DNA from: Geosiphon pyriformis uo1
Lineage: Eukaryota > Fungi > Glomeromycota
DNA length: 64,000 nucleotides
Assembly: GCA_016748015.1 (NCBI GenBank)
Contig: JAAOMT010000128.1
Coordinates: forward strand, 2,425,538 to 2,489,537
Direction: 5' to 3'
Shown here: in pieces, positions 14,224-28,200 of the stretch
How the letters are laid out: each line of letters opens with the position of its first letter
How positions within the stretch are numbered: the stretch's first letter is position 1
Notes under the pieces: generated by a model
The model's input: the letters and a program-made list of their open reading frames with translations, nothing else
What the model was told of the DNA's origin: nothing
Database searches by the model: none
Translations under genes and position numbers: made by a program

Positions 14224-15130
14224 ATGAAAAGAACATCTTGGTTCAATTCCAAAGCAACTGAAAAGATGACCAGTGAAAAGATTCTGACTAATGCAAATGT
14301 TACTGCTCCTCTCAGCACAACCTTCACAGGTTTCTCTCAATACTGGAGCAAGGAAAAAAAGGCGAAAACCACCGCCGAACATCATAAAAACTTAGCACTT
14401 TCCATCAAAGATATAATTTTGGGGGCTGAATACGTCTCGCATTCCAAACAACAACATAAACGTGCTTTGAAAGCTCTACAGAAACCCTCAATGGCACAAA
14501 GTATTTTAAATGTTTTGAAAGCAATGCCCCAGCCAGAACTTCCAAAAGTAGAGGTGGTAACTCATTTGTCAACCTCGGCTGCCCAAGCAGGATCGATCGA
14601 TTTGAATGATAAAAAATCTGAGCCGCTCAAAGATAAATTGCAAACAATAGTTGAAAAAGAAATTGTTAAAGTCATTAAACCTTCTGCTCATGAAATATCT
14701 GCTTATACGTATTGGTGGGGTTACGAAATATATGTGCCTCAAGAATGTATGGGAAGATTGGATCAGGCTCAAAGTGTTGGCACTTCTTTTCTTGGTTTTC
14801 TGCAAGTAGTAGCCGGGAATGTGGGCTCCTTACATCCTTACTTTGGATTTATTTCTGCGTGGGTTGGTTTACAATTTACGTTAATCAAATCACAGAACGC
14901 AGGGAAAGGAGTGGTTCTTGCCGCAACTTGGTATGTTTGGAAAAAGGTTTTAAATTCCTTCTTAATAATCTAATACACACTCTTTATGATCTCAGGGTTT
15001 TGCCAGTTGCCTTAATACCTAGAGCATGGTATGTTAATCACGGTCAAATATCTGAAATTTTGTAATACTTGCTCTGTAAAATTTGACACTAATAAGAACA
15101 TGCTTCCCTCTCAGGGATGTTTCCACTTGA
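14224..15130 (+). CDS. Conserved fungal hypothetical protein (exons 14224-14930, 14996-15028, 15115-15130)
   Basis: Intact ORF with CpG retained; GTATGT..CAG introns splice to ...ISAYTYWWGYEIYVP...GVVLAATWVLPVALIPRAWDVST*. Confidence 0.8.
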
Positions 15131-15633
15131 ATAATCAAAGTATCTGCCCACCCTATTTTTCAACGTTATTATTTGTCGAACCCAAACAGCCTCCATTATG
15201 ATTTGACATTTGATGCTTATAATTTCTTCAATGAACTTTATGTATATTACTTAATAATACAAATTTGTAATTTTAATCTTGATTAATATTAATGCTTTGT
15301 TATCACGCTTTTCTCAACCCCATGTTTCTTCATACAGATTAATTAACAAAAACCGTAATAAATGATATTATGGTTTTGAACAAAATCAAGTTACCTGTAT
15401 CTTTATTCAATAGTCGAGCAAATGAACATATTTATTGTACTCTGCCATTAGGGATTTAATTTTTTGACGGAGAAAATAATAAAATTATGAATAGTATTTT
15501 GGGCTTAGACTAAGCGAAAGCAGTAGATTACAATAGATCTATATGGAAATCACTTTGGTCTAGAAGTGAAAATACTAAAAAATTTCTAAATCCTAGACTT
15601 GAGGTTTTTCACTGTTAACCATTTCGAAGAGGT

Positions 15634-16350
15634 TTAATTAGACTAAGAATACCAAAAGCAAGAGTTTCTAAATCAAATTGGCATTCTTACCTCTTCCATG
15701 GCGTCGGGAGAATTAGTAGCCTCCTTCCCTTTTTCTTTTCGGTTAGAGCGGTTCTTTCGTTCTAACAGAGCTTTGCGATCTTTGTCAATCTTCAATTTAG
15801 TGACGACGACTTTAGATGGATGAATGCCAATTGGGACATTTGTCCCATTAACCTTCTCTTTATTGATGCGTTCGATGTGAATTACCCAACGTTTGCGATA
15901 CACTTGGGAAACTTTGCCTTCCCGACCTTTGTTGCTCCCACGAACAATTCGAACTTCATCATCTTTTCGAATCGGGACTGATCGGGTCTTAAGAGATTGA
16001 AAAGAATTTAGTTCAAAGAAAATGGCAAGGGGTGTTGTAAATCTAATTTTAGTTTTCCTTATAAAAACGAGGTATATAATGTAACTCACATTATACTTTT
16101 CCCGAAGATCCTTAGCTAATGCCGCACTCATAATTTTTCTACGGACAGAAGAAGGTGCGCTAAAGTGTGCCTTCCTGCTCTTACGTCTTGAAGAGCTCAC
16201 GTCTAAATACCCACCACCAACATAGAAGTTTATTAGTCTTCCATTGAAAGAGAATAAATGAAATAGCAGGGACATCCATCCTTAATATCTCTTTATCCAT
16301 TAAAGGTTTTCAGGTGGGCCCAACTTCTGACCTTTAGAAAATTTTGCCAT
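15634..16350 (-). CDS. RPL26: 60S ribosomal protein L26 (uL24); exons 16350-16332, 16202-16090, 15987-15691, probable 15642-15634
   Basis: [33 protein letters not shown]; [16 protein letters not shown]; KOW motif; [13 protein letters not shown]; canonical GT-AG introns; last micro-exon less certain. Confidence 0.97.
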
Positions 16351-16946
16351 ATCTTTCACCAGGAGTTATATAAAAGTAAATCAAGCAGGGACGCTTCAAA
16401 AATTTGTACATTTCGTGACTTTAGTGACACAATTTGAATATCAATCAATCAATGTGTAACCTTGATCAGAAGTTGTGCCAAATTTATTATTACCGTCCGA
16501 GAAGCTAACAACCCTAAAATGCAGCCTAAATCTTAAACAAGCACCCATTAGATTTGGCAGCTCATCAATAAATTTGATAGAACATTTTATCATATCTAAC
16601 AGAAAAACTGATGGGTTTTAGAGAAGCGCTAGTTTTGTAATAAGTGATGGGGCCCTCCCCCCCCCTCCCTCCAATATATTGGAGGTGATAGGGCCTGATC
16701 ACATTGACCCACCCATCTCCACATTAAGTTTTCAATCAAGACATGATAACATCAATCCCCAAAATGATTACATTAGACCATGACATAGATCCCAAGGAGG
16801 GGCTACAGGAAGAGTCTTTGCACTTTACTGACTTTAGCATTTGAACCTAAAAACTGCCAACCACCCTTTCCCCCATATCTATCAAAAATACTTGAATTAA
16901 GATACAGGAAAAGTAAACTTGTCTGATATTGTGAAATATGGATGGG

Positions 16947-19900
16947 TTAGATTGAATTATCAGAGTGGAATGCAATTTTATTCTGACGGGTACAAAGTCC
17001 AATCCCAAGCAGGGACCACCCCAATAAATTCCATGGTGCCAGGACCAGAGCGCGCTGTGTCAAAAAAACTGGATCGTCCGTGGGAATCTCCCCCGTAACT
17101 TTTCCTGGCTCCTCTACTTCATTTTCAGCCGAGTTTGCAATTAAAGCAGTTGCAAAGTTACAATATAGCTTGAATTTTTGGATTGTTGTAATACTAAGAG
17201 CGGCCAAAGAAGATGGATTGGAAACGAGAACAAGTGTAGATTTTGCCGAGGAAACTGCGGGTTTAAAAGAGCCAATGCTAATGAGGTGGTCTGTTAGGTT
17301 TAACCAATGCACTAGGTCCGTGGGTTTGACCTGTACTGATCTTATCAGCGATAATGTTGCTTGTTTCTCCGATCCCTTTAAAGTATAATTTTGCCAAAGC
17401 ATTAGTGATTTGATTTAAATATTAGAGTTTGAGTGTAAAAGATCAAGAATGTTAAAAGGAAAATTAATGTTACCTGCAAAAGAAAATAACGAGATAACAG
17501 GAAACTTATTTCATTCTTTTGATCAATTTCATCTGTTTAAAATCAAGAGTATGCTATGAATAAGTCACCCGTTGAGAAACTAAAGAGACAGCAAACTTAC
17601 ATGTGACGTGCAAAGGCAATTTTGTGATCTCCTGCAATGCTGCATTGGCTAGGGTATTGTCTTCTTGAATTAATCCCATAGCGCATAGGCCCAAGATAGC
17701 GGGGAGATGACTGGGGTTGTTGGATATGCTAAATGCAATATAAAGGATGAATGGAAAAACTCTTCAAACCATTTGTAAAATATTTTGTAATAAAATCTTA
17801 CCATCGAAATAGCTCTTCTTTGGCTAGATTCCTATGCTCTTCTCCTCTCAATGCCCAGAGAACTTGGGATAAGAGCACCACAACATCTTTGTGAACCTCC
17901 TCAATCCCTAAGCCAACTTCGGTTGCATTTAAAGCATTTTCGAACATTTCCAAAGAATTTTTTAATTGGTTGCTGAAATAATAAGCTAATCCAGCACCCA
18001 ATTGGCTATATATTTGAAATGAACCAAAATCTCTTCCTTCCATTGCCTTCAACGCTGCCTCATGGGCAGCAATTGAGCCCGTAAAGTCACCAATAGCACA
18101 TAAAACCCGTCCCAGATTGGCTTGTAAACAATCTAAGTATTTTGCTTGAATAATATCACAAAGGCCTTCCGAATTATGAAGAGTCTCTTCGATTGTTTTT
18201 ATAGCATTAGCGAAGGCTTCAGCAGCTTCTGATGACTGATAAAGTTGCTCTAACATTAAACCCGATAAGTTCAATGCAGCTATATCATCGGGCCGTTGCT
18301 CGATTAGCTTTTGTAAGGCAAATAAAGGAGAAACGAGAGAAGTATCCTCGAAAAAAGTCTTAGAACAGATATGTTTAAACGATTGACAGGCAAAACCATA
18401 ATTCCCTTCTACCTTCAGAAACCGAGTTTTACAAATGAAAGTGAAATAAGTAGGAATTTTTTTAACAAATTGGTATACAAATTTGAATAAAAAAATGTAT
18501 ACCAAATCACCGGGTCCGCTAATATCAAAAGCATGCTCAAACAGATCAAGCGCTTCCTCACTTCCTAATAATTTTGCAACGTATGCTTGGCCAAACCATG
18601 CTGGGGCAAAGTCGGGATCAAGAGTATGAGCTGCAGTGAATGCTTGATTTGCCAGCTCTGAATCTGAGTTCATCAGATAAAGAAAGCCAATATTCGTCCA
18701 TGAAACCGGATCCTTAAATAGAAATAATTATAAGTGCAAAGATTAATAATGTTCTGGTATCATCGAGATTTCAGCGAATGAAAGTTGTAAAGAAAACCTT
18801 GGGTGAATAATCCATAGCCATGATGAAAGCATGTTGACTCAGTTTTGTATTAATGGAAGAAGTGATTACGCCGAGATCATTCCAAAAATTATGATTCGTT
18901 GGTTCTAGCCTTAGAGCCCCTTTAATACAGCTTATTGCGATGTTTAAATAGACGGAGAAGTTTTCTTGGGAAAACTTTTTAAATGAATTTTTCATGTGTA
19001 CGAATAGCCAATAATAAGATATTGCAAGGTCATGCCAATAAGCAGAATTGATGTCGGAGTTATTTCCGTTCAAGTAGATCGCATATTTATAAGCAACACA
19101 AGCGCCCTTTAAAAACGTTGTGAGAGTATCATTTTCAAAATCGCCTCCCATATCTTTATTGAATCCAGTGCTATCAAGCCCTTTTGGCATTTGTGAGATT
19201 CTATCAATATCAGATGTATTTGTAATTTCAATGATTTGACTCAAAGCTTCCAAGGGAATCAAATGCAAATAACTGGGTATCAATTTTGCAGTAAAGCAAA
19301 TGTCCCCAATTAATTTCCAAAGGCTCTGAATACTATTGTTGATTTGAACAGCGCGAAGCATATTCTCTAATCCCTCCGCCAAGGCATCAGCCGAACGACC
19401 ATAGTATCCATTGTGATAGTACTCAATTGCAAGTGCTAGATAACAATCACCGCAACCTTTTAACGATGGCAAGTGATTGGGTTGTCCCTTGGTTTCTGCC
19501 TTTTTTATGATCAATTTGTATTGATCGATTGCGTCATTGTACAATCCTAATCGTTGTTTTATATTGGCGATTTGATAGTAAGCATATATAGAAAAAGGAT
19601 CCAATTCGGTAGCTCTTATAAACGCTTTCATGGAAGCGATGAATCGACCTTCTTGTCGATAAGCTTCTGCTAGGCCCTCCCAACAATGGATATCTTTAGT
19701 ATCAGACCTCAAGGCTGTTTGAAAAGCTGTAATTGCGTCGATATTATTTTGTTTTGTCTGCGAATACACCAAGCAAAAAAATTATTATAAAACGAGGAAA
19801 ACTCTTTTAAATTTGAAAGTCTGTTTTACCAATTCTAAAAATCCCAACCGTTTCCAAGCCCACGCTGCTCTAAAGTTTGCTTGTATTGCTGTACGATACA

Positions 19901-22564
19901 CTGCCTCTGCTAATTCAGGCTTCCCATCCGATTGGTAGTAATGACTTAATTGCAATCCAGCCTCTTCGTCATTCGCTTCTAGCGAGAAGGCCTTTTCATA
20001 ACATTTCTTTGCCCTGATAGAGTCACTCGCGATTAGGCGATAATAATGACCAATGAAAGTAAAAGCGTTTGCAAGATGAGGATCAAGCTTAATAGCTTGA
20101 ATAAATTGGTTGTAAGCGTAATTTTTATCACTCCGGTATTCACCTAGATAAAAGAGGTAAAATTATATCAACAGAGAGTATCCTTCAATAGATTAACTAA
20201 ATTTACCATTTTTTTCCCAATATATCCGGCCAAGTCGATAGTAATGAAGCGGGAATGAGTTGGACATCTTAATAGCCTCCGCACACATTCTTTCAGCTTC
20301 TTCCAAGTTTCCTAAGGAAAATTGAATCCATGCTAATTCACCTTGAACCAGGTGATTATCAGGTTCCAATTTTAAGGCTTTATCTAAAGTTGCTAAAGCT
20401 TCGGTATACTGCTTTTGATGCGAAAAGATTACGCTGATACCCTATAATAAGCATTCCCTTGAGAATAAGTTCATTAAATTTACTGCCAAATTAAGTGCTA
20501 AAACTAGAGAAGCTTGCCAAAAGAGCAGATACGCTATACGGATCTTGATTTAATATCTTTTGATATAAAGGAAGTGCGTCTGTATAATGTCTACTACCAA
20601 GATTCAAATAGCAATTGGCGATACATAAGTCTAAAGAACGCTGATACCTAATTAAGGAAATTATTTTTGTGTAATTCAACACTTTTAATTGACGGAGAAT
20701 TAATTAAATTAAATAAAAAAACAAAAGCTTACCGTTTTAGTACTACTCCAGTTAATTTGGATAGATTAGTGGAGTGTTCATGTCCAGCCATAGCATACTC
20801 CAGAGCAGAATCATAATCTTTCGAATTATGATATAACCAGCTTATCGAGAGATGACCAAACAAGCTATTGGACGCTAAGGCAAAACCTTCCTAACAAAAA
20901 ATTGTTTGTAGTGTAAGCAGATTATATCATTTTTACCTAATTTGGCCTGAAAAGGATATATATGTCTTTGATTTACGTTGTAAAGTTCAATTGCTTCATC
21001 TAACAGCCCACCGTTTTTATGCAGAAAATATCCTCTGATCATAATGGAAAGACCAGCATCAGGAAATTTCTCCGAATATTCTCTTAACAAGTTTTCGTCA
21101 TAATCATCTGCATGGATGCTTCACGTTAGATTTCATAAGCATATGAATTTATGATAAAAAGATTTTGATACCCGAAGAATAAGAATCAGTGCTTTCAATT
21201 AGAATTTCATAAGGCAAAGGTGAATCCGTATTTTGCTTGACCAAGATTCTCGCCATTAAATGAAGTTTTTCACGCAACTATGAGAACAAAATCAAATATA
21301 ATTAATGAAATATATAAGCACCGAGAAACTGGTGAAATAAGTAAGTCAAATTATACACGAGACTTCTCCTCGTGAAGAACAGCCATAAGTTTCTTCTGAA
21401 TATGAGCAACATATTTCAAAGTTATATCATTGGAATCGGTATAATCATCAGATGGAGCAAGTTCCAGCAAGCTTTCATATATTTCTTCTAGCTAATATAT
21501 AGTATTTGGAAGTTAAATTTCTCAAATTGGAAAAAAAGTCTGTTTTAAGCACATGAATTTGATGTACCTGAGAATTTGAGTAGACTTCATTCTCTACTTG
21601 AGCTTTGATGGTAACATGCGGGCCAGCATTCAGTCTTTGCCGACGCCTCTCAACTTCTCGCACTAGGGTCTCAGATTCCTCTATCTCAAGCAATTCGCGG
21701 ATTTTTGAAAACGTCTGAATAGGTTTAGGGACCCCTTCCAAATTTTGAATCATCTCAAAGCAAGGACTTCCAGGCAACATATACTTTAAAACGGCAACAT
21801 GCTTTGAATAAAAAAGGGGTTATTTTTTGATGAAATTCATAAAAAATATTCAAATAAAAATTTGTCCAAAAATTTTCATACCGATAGTCGATTTCTTTGT
21901 TTGTCTCGATGCAAATTGATTAGTTTATTGATTGTATCGAGAATATTTTTAACATCTTTTCTAAAATTCCAGGTTTGATAAAAACGTTCATTACAAAAAT
22001 TTTTGGGGATTTCAATCATATTAATTAAATATAATACAAACATGAAAAAGATATATATATTTTTAAGACCTGTCGATGTAACGGTTCAAACATTGATCCA
22101 GGGTTTCAGCTAATTTGACCCAATTATTTTGTTTTTCATAAAACTTCTCAAGGCCCTGATAATGAAATTTACATTAATAATTTTAGTGTTAATAAAATCG
22201 CCCTTTTGATTTTCTTTCAAGGTTAAAAAGCTCAGAATCATCAGAGCTGTAGAGCTCAAATACCTCCCAGGCCAAGGATTTGATACTATTAATCTCGATG
22301 GCTTTTTGATAAGCTTGGAGACTCTCCTCAAGCCGGTTAAGGTTTTGATATATGACTCCAAGAAACACATAGCTTTTCAAAGAAATAAGATTTTTTGAAA
22401 AAATCTAATAAAGGCGGAAACTTGAAAACAAGGACTTACGCATTGTAATTGTCAGGTTCGTATTGTAGAACTTTCTCGCAGTTTTTGAGCGCTTCTTCAT
22501 AATGTTTCACTTGTAATGCGTCCTTAGCTAACTTTAATGCATTTTTAACATAATTCTGCGACAT
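16947..22564 (-). CDS. SKI3: Superkiller protein 3 (Ski complex TPR subunit, TTC37 orthologue), multi-exon
   Basis: N-terminus MSQNYVKNALKLAKDAL..KHYEEAL..CEKVLQYEPDNYNA-YVFLG; many TPRs; AITAFQTALRSD.KD..CWEGLAEAY...GRF..S.KAF.RA.ELDP; LANQAFTAAHTLDPDFAPAWFGQA; C-terminal ALVLAPW. Confidence 0.92.
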
Positions 22565-22763
22565 GATTTGGTATTTAGGAAACTATTAGTTTCACATAAC
22601 TTTAAACCTAATCAAATAACTTTTGATGTGTAGGTTATATTAATAGTAGTGACGTATATTCATATTATCACCGCCGAAATTTGTTTCCCCTCTAAAAATC
22701 AGATTCCAGAAGTGCGAAGGATTTGACCCATAGTTTTTTGACAAATGACCAAATATAAAAAGA
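22565..22763. promoter_or_regulatory. Bidirectional promoter region SKI3/NPR3
   Basis: Head-to-head ATGs separated by 199 bp; contains a GTGACGTA (CRE-like) motif near 22649. Confidence 0.6.
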
Positions 22764-24950
22764 ATGAGTGCGTCCCTTTTGGCCATCATGCTTGTTATTG
22801 ATAACAGTCGTGGGCACCATTTTGTCTTTCATTATCCTAAAGATCCCAAAAGGCGTGTAGAAAATATTTCAGCCCCCCAAAACGACAGTGTTGATCAGGA
22901 TCTTGAACGCAATAATGATTTGCTGGGTAGCTATTTTATCAACTGGCCTTATACCCCTTCCGATGATGCAGAAAAAAGGATAGGAAGATCTCGTTTCGAA
23001 GATGAACCTGACGAGACTGAAAATATAATCGCTAAGCAAGGAACTCTTCAAGGTGCTAGTGAAAATGAATCACATGGAAGAGCAGCATTCGAAGAAAAAT
23101 TATTTGGATTTAAAACTTCCTTTCTTGCTGACATTCTTTCCCCAAAATTGAAGAGCTCGAAAAAGTTTCAATTAACCATAGATGAACTGACATTTGTGGG
23201 ACAACCTGTTTTCTTGAGTAGTGACCGCTCTGGCTCTAATAACGAGAGCACAAAAATAGAATACAATACCAAGGGTGCTCAAAGTCCTAATCAAAAAAAT
23301 CTTGAGCTATTTCAAGAAAATGGTCACGAATCATTAGAAGACCCTTGCGCTGCTCCATCAGATAATAATCATAGCCCTAATTCAACTATGAAATACTCAA
23401 AAGAGCAGCAGTCTCATCTCACCCTCTTTCATCTTGTTTTTGTACTTGAACCACCCGAACTAGAACTCAATCGTCAAATTGAAAATATCTATAAGCACGT
23501 TATTACGAAACTGACAGCTGCCTTGAGATACGAGCAACTCAGATGTGATTATGTCCTTATTGAGGCCGAAAAAATTTTATCCATCAAAGATGAAGGGATG
23601 ATTGCAAGTATGAGTAAAAATTCAACCTATCCATTTCTCGTCTTTACGGTAGTTGCTGAATTATAAAAAATTTTATTTTCGATTTTCTAATCGGAGAAAG
23701 ACAAAACTTTTGACGATATAATGGAAACGACAATTAAACAAAGTTCGCTTGCAAAAACAATCGCGCAAGTTTACCACTCCATTTCTTCTGATTCGATAGC
23801 GCACGTGATAATCAATGATTATATCGATCTTTCTTTACAAATACCACCACTGGCACCTTCGCTCTTTTTCTCTCCTTTGGATAATGATAGAGATTGGTAC
23901 GAATACGCTCATTTTCCAGTAATTGCGCCTTATCACACTTTACTTCTTCTTGAAGATCCCGAAGAAATTTTAAAAAGTATGCCGTTAGATGCAAATCCGA
24001 CATTGGTTCAATTGATTCAAATTTTGACTCCAACGCAACGGTATGTTCAAATTGATTGTCAAGATTTAAAATGTGATTTAACAATTCATAATATGCCAAA
24101 TTTCAAAGTTTGGCAGATCTTTGTACTTTGTTGGACTGTTCATTAGCACAGATTTATAGACTAGCTGCTCATCTTATTTATTGGCGAAAAGCAAAGTTGA
24201 TCAATGTTATAAGCGTGAGGAATGTTTATGTGATTAGTCCCACAGCAGATCTGAACTCGTGGGTATTACTTATTATGAAATATTGCTCTTCAATTCATAT
24301 GATGTTTTTGAAACCATTTATTCTTTTATTTTATGAAGATTATCTAGCCTCAATGCAGATTTTAATCATATATTTGATCGTGATCTTTTCGGTTTTCTTG
24401 CGTTATTGGCTACACCTAAGCCGTATGCTGGGATTATCCCTTCAAAAGATCATCGCACAATGTATTTGGAAGTGATTACATATTTACTGCGCAAGGATAT
24501 TGTAGTGCAGTTGCATGCCTATTTTCTAATAATGATTCCGCATCACATCAAATTGGGACTGAGCTTAGAAGAATATGAAGAAAAGATGCGAAATACCAGT
24601 GTCGAAAATGAGAGTAATGGTCTATCACCAATTATTAGTGATAATAATGCTTTGATATCAGCCCCAGAGCAAGCTAGTCCAATTGAAAAAGAATGGTTGA
24701 AACGAAAAACTTTGAATCAGCCTAAAGAAATAGATGCTTTGTTTGAAAGGTAGGTTTAAAGGGTCAAAATCTTGCCTTTGGATGAAACCTCTAATAAAAT
24801 CTAAAGATTTTTTATTTCAATAGACTTATTAAGTATTTTAATGGAAAACATCACGTGGAGGAGATCCTCTTTCGAGAAAATATATCACGAAGGGATCTTA
24901 AAATGGTGTTGGGTTTGTTTGATGAGTTAATAACTGTTCTGCGCTATTAA
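22764..24950 (+). CDS. NPR3: Nitrogen permease regulator 3 (NPRL3; GATOR1/SEACIT subunit), multi-exon
   Basis: LLAIMLV....RGHHFVFHYP; LADILSPK...KKFQLTIDELTFVGQP; LTAALRYEQLRCDYV..E; PYHTLLLLED; LAAHLIYWRKAK.I; KYFNGKHHVEEILFRENISRRDL. Confidence 0.93.
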
Positions 24951-24976
24951 ATCAGAGCGCAACAAATGTTGATTAA

Positions 24977-25012
24977 TGATGATGATCATGATGATGATGA
25001 TGATTATTATTA
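24977..25012. repeat. (GAT)n/(TAT)n microsatellite
   Basis: atgatgatgatcatgatgatgatgatgattattattat just downstream of the NPR3 stop. Confidence 0.9.
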
Positions 25013-25258
25013 TATTTCAAGAATGCAACATGTTATCAATTTATTGTGCCAATCAGAATTTTAATATGTTAATCCGCACATGTTTCACAGTTATTTTGAA
25101 GGCATACATTCAACTTTGCCCACTGTAGTTTATATTCAGACCACTAGCTTCGCGATTCTCGCCCTAACCATAGCCTTTCTTTAAGTATTTAATCTTGGGC
25201 TAGAAATCTTCAAACTCTTTTCTCCCCATTTCCACTCTGCGATCCGACTGTGGTCCAA

Positions 25259-28200
25259 ATGCACGAACCTTCAAGGTCTGTGGGACCAGATACTGTAAGT
25301 AGATCGTTAGCTCTTTTTTTACTTTTAGTTAAATAACTTTTTTATTGCTCAATTATAGCGTGTCCCAGTACACGATGTGCAGCAATCGCGTCTAAAAGCT
25401 AGCGAAAAAACAAGGAACAATCCTTTGACGGATCTTATAGAAACCGAGAAGCAATACGTGGAAGATTTGAAATGTTTACTACAGGTTCAATAATGTTAAG
25501 GAGTGATTGGAGCTATATTTGAGTTTTAACTAAGTCCCTTCCTATTTTTATTTTTCAGAGAGTGACGGCATGTTGGAGCCCAGATAACCTCCCACCTGCT
25601 GAGCTAGACGCCATTTTTCGATACATGGAAGAGATTTATCGGCAAAATAAACGATTTTGTTCAGTAAATATCTCGTCTCAGGCGTTGAATTATAGATTTA
25701 GTAAACTTTTGAATGCTTTTCTTTTATGATTTGCCTGAATTAGCATGTAATAAATAGCTCTTTCATCTCTAATCCAGGACTGTTGGAAAATTAAGAAATC
25801 ACCTTGTTTGACTTTCTTATCTCTAAAGAGTGGTATTTTCAATAGTTTATTAGATAATTTTCAGAAATTTCTTCACAAAAAAATACTGACTGGATGTTGA
25901 AAGGGCTATTTATTGCAAATTAATTTGTACCAATCAAACAGAAGAAAACCCTTCAAAGCTTTAAAATAGTCAAATTGTCTCCGGTTTCGCTTGGCACTTG
26001 TAAGCTTACTACACCAAATCTGATTCATGATTGATTTAAACCATTTCTCGATCTACTAGAAACTTGTAAAAATTGGGGCAAATCCTCAATCACCCGAAGA
26101 CTTGGGGGATACCTTGATGGCTTGGGTACTTCATTTTTTGACTTCTCCGAATTGACAAATTATAATTATTAATATCTTGTTAAATTTCTAAAATTTGTTT
26201 AGATCGATGATATGGAAGCTCCTTACACACAGTATTGCCAGCATTTTTTAAAGGGTTTTGACAATTGGCTAATGATTGAAGAGCATGAAGCACTTCAACA
26301 AACCTTAATTGTAACTATACCATTTCCTTATATTTTCGCTGTCTTTAAATAATAATAAATTTGAATTGAATTAACTTTAAATAGAGCATCACCGCCGAAA
26401 GAAATCGTCCAGTATCACTGGATTTTTTTTTTGAGATGCCACTCACGCGTCTACATTATTACAAAAAATTATACATGGTATTCAATACTTTTTATATTTC
26501 ACAGATTCTTCTGTGATTATTTTTTAACTTAGTTCATCTATCGCAATAGCGCCTTTTAAAAAGTACAGAGCCTGGACGCTCTGATCATGACCTCTTGGCA
26601 GCAGCAAATGAACGTCTTGACATTCTGGTTGATATGGAAAAGCAAGCCAAAAGTCGTATACAAACGGGCCCAGCCGTCCTTGCTACTCTACCATTTAAGC
26701 AGCTTTCAAAGGATGTCGTCCCAAATTCCCCAAAATCTCCGGTCTCCCCACAAAAAAAAAAGATACAGGAAATAAATGCACAGCAGCAATCTCTATCCCC
26801 CCAATTGCCTAGATCACCAAAATCACCAAACTCTCAAGGAAATATACCACAACCACCATTATCACCACGTTTGCCAAAATCGATGGCTTCAGAAAATTTT
26901 ATGGACAAAGAATTATCAGCACCTTCATCGCTTAATTCCCCTTTTCAAAATAAATTTCCACAAATTTCTGATTTTTCGCGGCAAATCAACTGGAATTATG
27001 GCCTGAAGGAGCTGGAAGAACAATTAAACATCTCTAGAGTCAAAGACCTGTTTACCAAACAGCCCAGGGTAATATGAAATTCCTTCAAAGTTTAATTCTT
27101 CCCTTCTTAGCCATTAAAATCCTAGTTGTTTCACTTCAGAACGTAAAAATTGCGCTTCGGCCTCCTAACCTTCCCTTCCAACGCGAAATACGGCTACATG
27201 ATAATTTCATAGTGATAATACAACATGAAGATCAACCTATAATGCATAAAGCCCATTTATTTTTATTGACTGATCTCTTGCTCATATGTCAAATCCTTAA
27301 CCCGGAGGAAAAACAAAAAAACCCAAACTTTGAATTTTTTCTTTTGTATCCCCCATTAAGTGGGAAACATTTAACAGTCAAGGACTTGGTTGGTTCTAAA
27401 GATGGTTAGGCTTTTAAGGTTTTATAATTTGGCTTGTTACCTTGGTACTAGCAATGTAATTGATACAAAAAATTTTGTTCTACTTTTAGATCTTTTAGAA
27501 TTGAAGGTAATGAAAAGAGAAAAAATAATTATACGTGCCGAAAATGAATCTCTCAAGAATGTGTGGTTAAGAGCACTCGGGGAAATTATAGATTTTGCTA
27601 TCAAAGGTATTTTTGATATTTAGTTTTTCTATTAAAAGCCGAACATTGTTATTTATCGAATTCATTAATTATCAATATAGCAAGTGTAAAACCTCAAGTG
27701 AAAACAGACCCTCGTTCATTAAAAGCAGGACCAAATAAAAATCAACAACGGTCTCCTTTATCAGCAAATTCTATGAGAAGTCTGAATTCTGAGAATACAT
27801 CTCCCCATGAGTCAGTACCATTCCCACAAACTAATACAGAAAATCAATTGCTTTCACCGCCAGGTATTAGGCCACAGTTACCACAACATCTAGTTGGGCC
27901 TCAATCTCCCGCATCTTCAAATATAAATCCACAATTCTCTACTCTTTCCGGTGGTGATGATCATTTGAAACAGCAATTTCCATTTAATCCTACACTACAT
28001 ATGAACTCTGATCCAAGGCAACCTCCTAACTCCGCTACTAACCTAAACAATGGTTATCCCCTTAAATCACCTGCTAATGGCCCCATTACAAGATCTAGAA
28101 CACCTGATCCCCCACGTAATGCAGGAGGTCAATATCCTGGAGATTATAATCCCTACCCAGCAGAACAAGGTGGTCGTCGTAACGATCCCATGGGAACTGA

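Noticed and set aside
17080-17388. Plus-strand 102-aa ORF and other short ORFs antisense to host exons
   Set aside because: Shadows of the SKI3, NPR3 and RhoGEF coding strands
25664-26059. Intronic snoRNA in the long RhoGEF intron or in RPL26 intron 1
   Set aside because: No convincing C/D or H/ACA box pair with terminal stem visible
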